Shown piece by piece: positions 1 through 7,917 of a DNA stretch of 64,000 nucleotides (its first letter is position 1; each line of letters opens with the position of its first letter). The notes beneath the pieces were generated by a model, which was given only the letters and a program-made list of their open reading frames with translations, made no database searches and was not told the origin of the DNA. The position numbers and the translations under genes were made by a program. The DNA is taken from the NCBI GenBank assembly GCA_023663205.1, contig JAMPHX010000001.1, positions 7-64,006 of the forward strand, read 5' to 3'. This stretch comes from Corallococcus sp. GTDB lineage: Bacteria; Bacillota; Clostridia; Christensenellales; CAG-314.

Positions 1-1
1 G

Positions 2-157
2 AAAGGTTTGGATACACATGGTCAGCATGGTGAAATTAAAATCGCTGTCAAGGGTAAAAAGGAGCATAACGGAGAGTTATTTTTATGCCATACAGGATGT
101 ATATTCTATCCATTCGGAAAAATAAAAGTCGTAAGTCCATTGATATTGGAGGATTGA
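2..157 (+). CDS. 3' end of an unidentified protein-coding gene (5' part outside window)
   Basis: This frame is open from the window edge to TGA at 155-157 (...GELFLCHTGCIFYPFGKIKVVSPLILED*). Its last codons carry the GGAGG Shine-Dalgarno of the next gene, which starts 4 nt downstream. No family recognised. Confidence 0.4.
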   Translation, partial: KGLDTHGQHGEIKIAVKGKKEHNGELFLCHTGCIFYPFGKIKVVSPLILED

Positions 158-161
158 AATT

Positions 162-493
162 ATGAAATATTTAGACGGAGTAAGGCTTATTGTAGATAAG
201 CCGGAATATGCAAAGCGCGGATTAAAAAAGGGGGGGCTTGCGGAGCCATTGTGTTGCCCGAAATAAGAAATAATACTTTTGAGGTTGAATTTTTTGATTT
301 GAAAGACGATTTTGCCATAGAAGCATTTGTGGGAGACTTAGAGGTTACGCAAGAGGCGCCCGTTACAGACGAGGAAATATTGGAAGATTTGCCCAAACAC
401 GACCCGCGCTGGTGGTGTAAGGTGGAAAACGGCTACATACTCAACCTAAAAGGCGAACGCAAAAACAAAATACCCTACGACTACAATTCGTAA
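162..493 (+). pseudogene. DUF4926-like small protein, reading frame split at an A6G7 tract
   Basis: ATG at 162 has GGAGG 9 nt upstream and gives MKYLDGVRLIVDKPEYAKRGLKKGG..., stopping at 264-266. The listed ORF 251..493 is in another frame that is open from 200. One extra G in the run at 230-236 fuses them to ...GLKKGGACGAIVLPEIRNNTFEVEFFD.... From memory this resembles the DUF4926 pattern (L..PE.GLKKGD.GTIV...YEVEF). Confidence 0.5.
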
Positions 494-526
494 GTTTTGT
501 TTCAGCCTGTTACTTCTCCGCGGAAT

Positions 527-570
527 AAAGACCGCTAAAAACGATGATTTTTATCGGTCTTTAATTTTAT
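527..570 (+). terminator. Rho-independent terminator after the DUF4926-like gene
   Basis: AAAGACCG (527-534) pairs with CGGTCTTT (555-562), with an inner TAAAAA/TTTTTA stem, followed by AATTTTA. Confidence 0.6.
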
Positions 571-633
571 AATATAACACACAATACAATAAATACAAAT
601 TAAATATTTGTTTGCGTGATGTATTGTATAATG

Positions 634-670
634 GTAGTTAGCAGTAGTTAAGTGCAGTTAAACGTACTTG
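634..670. repeat. Iteron-like array 1: GTAGTTA-type heptamers at exact 10-bp spacing
   Basis: GTAGTTA at 634, GTAGTTA at 644, GCAGTTA at 654 and a degenerate GTACTTG at 664. TTGCGTGAT lies upstream at 612-620. Confidence 0.65.
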
Positions 671-756
671 GATTTGGTTGTGTATTTTATAATAACGTAC
701 ACGAATATAATTTTTCAAAAACACTTAGTTTATTGCGTGATACGATGTAATAGCGA

Positions 757-803
757 GCAGTTAACAGTAATTAAACGTAGTTAAATTTAGTCAATTGTAG
801 TTA
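757..803. repeat. Iteron-like array 2: five heptamers at exact 10-bp spacing
   Basis: GCAGTTA at 757, GTAATTA at 767, GTAGTTA at 777, TTAGTCA at 787 and GTAGTTA at 797. A second TTGCGTGAT lies upstream at 733-741. Together with array 1 this forms an imperfect direct repeat offset by about 122 bp. Confidence 0.65.
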
Positions 804-877
804 CGTATGCTATAATACTTGATATTTTCTCCAATTATTATAATTAACTGTACACATTGCTAAATGAGGGAATTATA

Positions 878-1635
878 ATGTTTGTTCAAATAATTAAACT
901 GAAAAAGTTAAATGACAAAAATGAAATTAACGAAGACCGTTGAAAAATAACGGGCAGATTTTATCCGAACCAATTACTGTAAAGAACAAACGGATTTACG
1001 AAATATATGTTGCTGTGCCCAAATGCGATTCATTGGCTTCTTGCTATGACAGCGTTTATGTAAAATGCGATAGAGATTTACTCGAAAAATATTTTGAGAT
1101 AAATGTACGTCAGATAGGCATAAATGCAGACAGTCAAGAGTATTGTTCTTGCAAAAAAAGAACCGCTATGGAAATGCAAACTTTTGCTAACGATATCGAC
1201 AGCGTTTTTACGTGCTGCCATTGCGGGAAGCCCGTAGCGTTGTATGAATTGCCGCACCTTGACAAGCAAGAAGACCATTGGGCTATAGTAAATTGGCAAA
1301 ACACTTACGGCGCGACGGATACGTTATGGCTTGATAGTTTAAGCGATAGATTTACGGGTAATCAACTCGTGAATATAAGTTCCACATTAAATTAATTGGG
1401 TAGGGAGATTGCAAAAGAAATCGGTCATAGAGCAAATCTTAAATGCTACTATAATGTATTTGACGACCTAACGCATAAAATAAAATTTACAAAAATCAAA
1501 GACAAGACAGTAAGAATTTGCCCCTCTTGCGGGAATGCAATGCAATATATAAAATTTTGCGATGGGTATGAAAGATATATTTGCAGCGATTGTATGCTTT
1601 CAAGCGATTTACCCAAAGAAGATTCGCTTAAATAG
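878..1635 (+). pseudogene. Zn-ribbon protein gene interrupted by an in-frame TAA (possibly DUF2310-like; family recalled from memory)
   Basis: ORFs 940..1395 and 1396..1635 are in the same frame, separated only by TAA at 1393-1395. Cys clusters are present in both halves (CSC, CCHC; CPSC...C...CSDC). ATG 878 has a GAGGG SD and encodes a 21-codon ORF whose TGA (941-943) overlaps the TTG at 940, which implies either a frameshift or TTGA coupling. Confidence 0.5.
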
Positions 1636-1839
1636 GTGCTTATGGCGCACATTGTCGCCCGTCAAACGACATATAATGGCACTATCAAAGCGCCTTATTG
1701 CATGACTCGTACTCGGGCATGTACGTCTATGTACACTCCCGTCGCGCTTGCGCTTAAAAGTGCACAATCTGCTGCCCTTCTCAGCCGTTTGTCTATCATG
1801 CAGAAATTGGTTTTAGGTTATAATTTCTCCGCTATGCAG

Positions 1840-1876
1840 AAAGAACCATAATTTATAGTGGTTCTTTTGCTATTTG
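1840..1876 (+). terminator. Rho-independent terminator
   Basis: AAAGAACCA (1840-1848) pairs with TGGTTCTTT (1859-1867), followed by TGCTATTT. Confidence 0.5.
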
Positions 1877-1989
1877 TAACACTATATATTTACGGCTGAA
1901 ATTCGTACACAAATTGGGTACAAATAATTAAATTATGGCTATTTTTCGGAATTTATTCTGTCTGATAATTATGTTGAATAAAAATAATT

Positions 1990-2712
1990 TCAATTGCAAA
2001 TTTCGTTTATGTTTAACGTAAGCAGTTTTATTTTTTTTGCCGTTGCGGCTATCGAAAGGCAATATTTGTCATTTCTGTTATCGGAAATAAAAGCGGTGGC
2101 ACATTTGCCGCAATTCGTTTCGATATTGCGCGCCGCAAAAACGCCTTTGCCGTTTTGCTTGAACAAACTTTCCTTTGCAGTCCACTTTGCAATTACAAAT
2201 TTTTCTCGGTCAATCGGGTTGAGTAAAAGGTATTCGTGCGCTTCCGTTTGTGTCAATATTCTTTCCGCAAGTCTTTTACCGAAGCGGGCGGCAACAAACT
2301 TTTCGGTGTCGACGCCTACTGGGGCATACGCAACGGCTGCCGCAGCGGCATTTTCGGTATGCGACAGTGAAACAAAAAGTTCGCTGTGCCGCCAAACTCC
2401 GTCGGCAGATTTGCTCAAATCGTCGGCAGATACATCGGCAGATATAAGTTTCAGGGCATATTCCAATGCTTTCCACGCGGCAAATTTTTGCATACGCGTC
2501 TTTGCGTCGGTGCAGCAATCTATATCGCGTTGTCGCATTGCATTGCTTACTTTTGGTGTTGTGCAGTCGCCGCCGTCAAAAGAGCAAAAAACGCATATGC
2601 AGACATCGCGTTCCTGCGGCGAGCATCCTAATATATCGGCATTGCACAAAATTTCAAAGTCGTTTCGGTAAACGGTTATATTTTGATTGGTGTTGCATTC
2701 GGTTACTGTCAT
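1990..2712 (-). CDS. Sfp-type 4'-phosphopantetheinyl transferase
   Basis: 240 aa with PPTase motifs: VGVDTE (the G-x-D-x-E metal site) and KWTAKESLFK (W..KE...K). The N-terminal third is unusually Cys-rich. Confidence 0.7.
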   Translation of the reverse strand: MTVTECNTNQNITVYRNDFEILCNADILGCSPQERDVCICVFCSFDGGDCTTPKVSNAMRQRDIDCCTDAKTRMQKFAAWKALEYALKLISADVSADDLSKSADGVWRHSELFVSLSHTENAAAAAVAYAPVGVDTEKFVAARFGKRLAERILTQTEAHEYLLLNPIDREKFVIAKWTAKESLFKQNGKGVFAARNIETNCGKCATAFISDNRNDKYCLSIAATAKKIKLLTLNINEICN

Positions 2713-3085
2713 TATATTTATTATAACAGAAATTTTGCGTTTTTGTCAGCATATTTAAACTTATATTGTAAACCGGCAAACAACATAATGCGGCATTGCA
2801 GTTTGCTTGCACAAGAACTTGCAATATCAAACGGCAATATACCCAATTTCTTTTCTTGCGGCAGTTAAATAATATTTCGATGTAATGCAGAGCAATGCAA
2901 ACGAATAAATTTGCCCTATTTATTGTACATTTTGGGCGCATTTGGTACAGATAATCAACATTCAATAGTGAATTGTCGATTATTTTTCTATTTTCGGTTC
3001 AAATGCTTGTTATTTAATCATATATATGTTAAAATGTACGGTACTAAAATGAATTTTCTGTCGGTAAACCGATATAGAGGAATAT

Positions 3086-6000
3086 ATGAAACTGAAAATA
3101 TTGTGCGGCTTGCTTGCTGTAATACTAAGTTCTGCCTGCGTTGTATTTGTTATGGATAACGACGACGGCGGTACGGTGGTTCCGCCTCCTGTCGGCGCAA
3201 ATTTGATAAGCACCAAATACGACCGTCCTTCCGACGGCAACCCCTCGGCATATTCCGCAAAAGAAAACCTCTATATAGCGCACGGCGAATTACTGCGCAG
3301 CGGCGGATTTTCCGCAAAATCGTACGGCACAACCACAACTCTCGGCGTTTCGCAGCCGATATCTGCGGACAGAGTTGTATTGGACGGGGCGGTATTTAAG
3401 CAATCTGTAAGTTATTCCAGTTTGGTCAAGATGGCTGAACAACGTTACACAAACGGCAGCGATTACATTTTACGCGAAAGTCTGTCGGTAAATGCGCTTG
3501 ACAATGTACAATGGAAAGATACGGCAATGCCCCTTTCCCAAAAAGCGTATATGGACAGATACGGGCATACAAGCAGCGAACTTACAGGTTATATACTAAA
3601 CGACGAAACAATAGTGCAAGACGAACTTGTGTCGGTTGATGACGGCGTATACACTTTCAGATACGTTTTGGACGAAACGGTTGCTCCGTACTATATGCTG
3701 TACGAAATGCGCACTTCGGCGGGCGTCAGCAAACTTCCCGTATTTTACAGCGCGGAATTGACGCTCAAAATGGACAGCAACTGGACGGTAATAAGTCTTG
3801 ATACAAAGGCATCGTACAAAGTAGCGCTGATAGGGGGAGTCACGTGCAACGAACAGATGACGGAAACTTTCCACGATATAGGCAAAGTAACCCAACTTCC
3901 CGAAACGGAATTTTTCAGTCAATACTTCGGCGCCGCAACGGTAGACCCTCTGCCTCAGGAAGTAAATGCAACAACGGTATTGATGAATATTTTCCAACCT
4001 TACCTGTCTGCCGACGCCAAACCGCTTGACGTTGCGTTGACTATCGGCAGTTCCGATAGTTGGAAACCTATTGCAAGCGGCTATATCAGTGCGGAAATAG
4101 ATATGCAAAATCTTGCAAACACCCGCGCGGCGGCATCAATTGCCGGTATCGATTTGGTATACGACGGCGGCAAGGTCAATTTGAGTTACAACGACTTCAA
4201 AGCAAGCGTATCGGTAAACGATGCGGTGCAAAAGATTGGCGGCTTGCTTGCCCAATTCGGCACGGACGCTTTGTTGGAGTTGGATACCGACAAACTGCTT
4301 GCGTCCATAACATTTGACCTGACGGACGATTACTGTCAGGTAGACATTCCCCTTTCAATCGGCGGTGTGGATTTGTATGCGCAGATTACCGCGGACATAA
4401 ACGACGGTGTTTATACGTTTACGGGGGCTACGGCGCGGATAGGAAAGTATACGCTAACGCTCACTCCCGTGCAAAATTGGGATGTTCCGCAACTTGACGG
4501 CGAGTACCCCGACGCGCTGGGATTGCTCGGTATTTTGGACGGTACGGCGATTGCCTTTACGGGAGACGTCAACGGTACTCAACTGCTTGCGCAGTACGAT
4601 TTGCTGCGCGGCGCGATGGATTTGCACCTCGGCGAACTGTCCGCCTACTGCCGCGACGGCGTAATTTACGCAAATTACGGCAATGCGGCGGTAAAACTCG
4701 GAATAGAAGATATCCCGCGTTTGATTGAAAAACTGACTCCGCTATTGGGCGAAACTCAGTTGCCGCAAATCAATACAAATTCGATACTCGGCAATCTGTC
4801 GTTCGAATCTGACCAAAACGACGCGAATTTGCAGGTTGAAATCGCGGGTTTTGCGGTAAGGGCAGACTTTACCGTTATGGACGGAAGTTGGATACTTTCA
4901 AAAATAAGTTGCAATTACGACGGAATCGAGGCAGAACTTTTGCCGCAGTTCGCTTTGCAATTTGAAGACATAGATACGTCATCCTATACGGACGTTGCAG
5001 AAGTTGCGGATGAGTTTTGGGAACCGGTAATGCAGATTGTACAATCTCAAAACCGCAGTGTAAAGATAGGCGCCGCTTTTGAAACGGACGGCGACGTTTA
5101 TTACCTTGACGGGCAGGTTTTGGCGGACGGCAATAACAACGTAAACGCCTTGCTCGATTTGTATCACGACGGTTCGCTTCTTTTGAAGGGCAACATCTGC
5201 AAATACGGCAACACGCTGTATCTCGATATCAACGGCGTAAAAACCTGTTTGACGCTTGAACCGAGCAGCCGAAGCAATTTGACGTTTGCAAACACATTGA
5301 GCGGATTGTACGGATATCATCCCTGTTTGGACTTGGTACTCGATGCGGTAGTTGAGGTTATCGGAGCGTTTGAGGGGGATATAAATTACATCGGTTTGCT
5401 CAAATCGCTGACTTTCAGATACGGAGAGATTGGCGTAGAAGTAAACGGAGAGCAACTCAATTTGCCAGATTTTTCCGTAGGAGTTTCTACTCGGGAAGAA
5501 GCGTTGCTGCTTACGCTCGGCAAATTTACGTTGGGCAAGTTTACCTTGACGGAACTGACGGCGGAAGTAGTGTCTGTCGACCAAACGGTAACGGTTCCCG
5601 CGGACGGCTACACGCTCGGACTGCGCGTGGAAATCGATAAGGAAAACATACTTCACGCAAGCATAGACATAATAAACAACGTGTACCGTTTCCGTATGGG
5701 AGAGTTGTTTGCCGAGTATTCTTCCGATACGCTGTACATCAAATACGGCGATACGTTTATACGCGGCGACATCAACAAAATAAAGGAAATAATAGCGGAA
5801 ATCAAAAATCTTGCGGACAACAACACGCTGTTTGCTTCCTCTGCCGAAAGCGACGGCGGATTGCTTGACAATCTGCTCAAAGGCAGTTTTGACGTCAAAA
5901 CAATTACGCAATCGATTACGCTTAGTTACGACGATGCGCTAAGTCGCGCGTACTTAAAGGCAAACGTATTGGGATTGAATGTCACAGCCGCGGTTATTAC

Positions 6001-7693
6001 GGGCGACAATCCGCAAATAGAAGTTACGGTTCCCGTTACGTTTATCGACCGCACGCTCAAAGTCACTGCCGAGCAGGTCGACGACGACTTTTACGCGTTT
6101 GCGCCGTCGGAAAACTACATTTCGATAGAAACCGTCTTTGACGAATACTTCCCCGTACTGGAAAAAGCCGTCACCACAAACAGTTGGCACTTCGATTTGT
6201 CCGCGGATATTATTACGCAAGACGTTTCGTACAAATTGAAAAATTCTTCGGTAGAACTCATTTACCGTTCAAGCGGAGACTTTGAACTTGCCGCAAACAT
6301 TACGGTTATGCAAAAGACCGACAAACAAACCGAGTATTCGCAGATGATGAGTTTGGCGGTAAGTTACGTGGACGGCAGAGTATTTGTAGATTACAACGGA
6401 CTCAAACTGTCGGTTGCGTGGTCCGCAATAGAAAACTGCGTCGGCTTGGTGCCCGATTTATTCCGAGCCGTTCCGCAAATAAAAGACGCTTACGACGCGT
6501 ACGTTGCCGCAAGAGAAACAATCAAAGGCAACACGCAAAGCGTCGATTACTCTACGATAATAGAAAAGATGACATATATAAACGGCGTAGTCAACCTTGT
6601 GCTAAACGGCAACCTGTTCCTTTCGGAGTTGGGGTCAATAGACCTTACAATAGGCAAAACGTCTGATACGCTGTCGCTGAACGTCAAAGATTTTGTTTAT
6701 ACTTCAACCGACGACGACGGCAACAAAAACTCCCTAAAAGTAAACTTTGACGTAAGCGTGCTGCCGCAAACTCAGCAGGCAGGCAAAGCAGCGATAGGCT
6801 CTCCCGACAAGGCGGATTATATCGACCTCGATAGCATTTATCAATTGCTGTCGGCGTTTATTGCCACCGCCGACGACGGAACGTATTTGCTCAAAGGTAC
6901 GGTTCCCGTGCATTTGGTTGCGATAGGGTTTATCGAGATAGATTTGACTCTCGGTGTAGAAGTGCGCGTCGACGTGGAAAAGATTGACGGCAAAGACGTG
7001 CCTTTTGTAACATTCAAACTGTCAAGAGGCAAACTCGACGGTATAAAGAAAGCGGCATTTGCCGACGTCGGCGGCGACGGATATATATATTACAACGGTC
7101 TTGACAAAACTGTTACATTTACCCGAAACTCGTACCGAGAGTATACTTGGTGTACCAAAAACAATACCTATGATTGCAGTGAAAAGTATCACTTGTTCAA
7201 TCACAACACAACATTCTGTCACGAAAAGCACACTAAACTTAACACGGAAGTTTGGGGCGTTCCCGAGTATTCCGAAACTGTCGCTGCGGCGGATTTCGGC
7301 GGCAAAGCAATGGACGGCATATTCAAACTTATCAATTTCAGCGACTTTATCGACGGTAAGATAAAGGAAGCCATTGCAAACAGCAAACACGATTTCGGCG
7401 TGGAGGAATTGATAAAAGATTACCGCTACGTCGATTGCGCAAACCTTAACGACCCGAAACGCACGGGAGAGTTTTTCGTTGGATTGACGCTGGCTCCCGT
7501 CGACAAAGTGTTGGGCGATGCAAACGTCAACATTGTGCACAACAAGGATTTTACTTTGCAAAAACTGTACGGCGACGTGGTATTGCTCGATGTAACGGGC
7601 GTCAACTGCAAAGGCACATTCGACATAGCGCTCATAGCAAAGCCGCAGGCGGGCTTGGCAAAGAGCAACGTAACGCAACTTGCCGTATGGTAA
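3086..7693 (+). CDS. Giant (1,535 aa) secreted or membrane-anchored protein of unknown function
   Basis: Uninterrupted 4.6-kb ORF with an AGAGGA SD before the ATG. N-terminal hydrophobic signal or anchor MKLKILCGLLAVILSSACVVFV. No catalytic or carrier motif recognised. Cys/His cluster near the C-terminus (WCTKNNTYDCSEKYHLFNHNTTFCHEKH). Confidence 0.85.
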   Translation: MKLKILCGLLAVILSSACVVFVMDNDDGGTVVPPPVGANLISTKYDRPSDGNPSAYSAKENLYIAHGELLRSGGFSAKSYGTTTTLGVSQPISADRVVLDGAVFKQSVSYSSLVKMAEQRYTNGSDYILRESLSVNALDNVQWKDTAMPLSQKAYMDRYGHTSSELTGYILNDETIVQDELVSVDDGVYTFRYVLDETVAPYYMLYEMRTSAGVSKLPVFYSAELTLKMDSNWTVISLDTKASYKVALIGGVTCNEQMTETFHDIGKVTQLPETEFFSQYFGAATVDPLPQEVNATTVLMNIFQPYLSADAKPLDVALTIGSSDSWKPIASGYISAEIDMQNLANTRAAASIAGIDLVYDGGKVNLSYNDFKASVSVNDAVQKIGGLLAQFGTDALLELDTDKLLASITFDLTDDYCQVDIPLSIGGVDLYAQITADINDGVYTFTGATARIGKYTLTLTPVQNWDVPQLDGEYPDALGLLGILDGTAIAFTGDVNGTQLLAQYDLLRGAMDLHLGELSAYCRDGVIYANYGNAAVKLGIEDIPRLIEKLTPLLGETQLPQINTNSILGNLSFESDQNDANLQVEIAGFAVRADFTVMDGSWILSKISCNYDGIEAELLPQFALQFEDIDTSSYTDVAEVADEFWEPVMQIVQSQNRSVKIGAAFETDGDVYYLDGQVLADGNNNVNALLDLYHDGSLLLKGNICKYGNTLYLDINGVKTCLTLEPSSRSNLTFANTLSGLYGYHPCLDLVLDAVVEVIGAFEGDINYIGLLKSLTFRYGEIGVEVNGEQLNLPDFSVGVSTREEALLLTLGKFTLGKFTLTELTAEVVSVDQTVTVPADGYTLGLRVEIDKENILHASIDIINNVYRFRMGELFAEYSSDTLYIKYGDTFIRGDINKIKEIIAEIKNLADNNTLFASSAESDGGLLDNLLKGSFDVKTITQSITLSYDDALSRAYLKANVLGLNVTAAVITGDNPQIEVTVPVTFIDRTLKVTAEQVDDDFYAFAPSENYISIETVFDEYFPVLEKAVTTNSWHFDLSADIITQDVSYKLKNSSVELIYRSSGDFELAANITVMQKTDKQTEYSQMMSLAVSYVDGRVFVDYNGLKLSVAWSAIENCVGLVPDLFRAVPQIKDAYDAYVAARETIKGNTQSVDYSTIIEKMTYINGVVNLVLNGNLFLSELGSIDLTIGKTSDTLSLNVKDFVYTSTDDDGNKNSLKVNFDVSVLPQTQQAGKAAIGSPDKADYIDLDSIYQLLSAFIATADDGTYLLKGTVPVHLVAIGFIEIDLTLGVEVRVDVEKIDGKDVPFVTFKLSRGKLDGIKKAAFADVGGDGYIYYNGLDKTVTFTRNSYREYTWCTKNNTYDCSEKYHLFNHNTTFCHEKHTKLNTEVWGVPEYSETVAAADFGGKAMDGIFKLINFSDFIDGKIKEAIANSKHDFGVEELIKDYRYVDCANLNDPKRTGEFFVGLTLAPVDKVLGDANVNIVHNKDFTLQKLYGDVVLLDVTGVNCKGTFDIALIAKPQAGLAKSNVTQLAVW

Positions 7694-7827
7694 AGGCAAC
7701 TATCGGTCGGCGATGCGTATAACGCAAACGGTATTTGCCGTTTGTACGGTTCGGCAAAGCGGTTGTTCCGTGCGCGCCGCTAAGGCAAAATACGAAACTG
7801 TGCGCTCTGCTTTAAAATTCAAAACTG

Positions 7828-7863
7828 CGGCTTGATACTGCTTGGTATCAAGCCGTTTTGTTT
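7828..7863 (+). terminator. Rho-independent terminator of the giant gene
   Basis: CGGCTTGATAC (7828-7838) pairs with GTATCAAGCCG (7845-7855), followed by TTTTGTTT. Confidence 0.75.
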
Positions 7864-7890
7864 GACAACGGCGCGCCTATGTATTAAAAT
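7862..7890 (+). promoter_or_regulatory. Sigma-70-type promoter of leuS
   Basis: TTGACA (7862-7867), 17-nt spacer, TAAAAT (7885-7890). An AGAGAGGA SD and ATG 7918 follow. Confidence 0.6.
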
Positions 7891-7917
7891 TATGTGTATA
7901 AGAGAGGACGATTTTGT

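Noticed and set aside
5515-5560. Tandem GKFTL-GKFTL duplication inside the giant ORF, considered as a possible repeat or slippage site.
   Set aside because: There are only two copies, the nucleotide sequences differ (GGCAAATTTACGTTG vs GGCAAGTTTACCTTG), and the duplication is in frame. It is a trivial feature.
7694-7917. Possible T-box leader upstream of leuS.
   Set aside because: No T-box or specifier-loop consensus is visible. The hairpin plus T-run is best explained as the terminator of the upstream giant gene, directly followed by a TTGACA-17-TAAAAT promoter.
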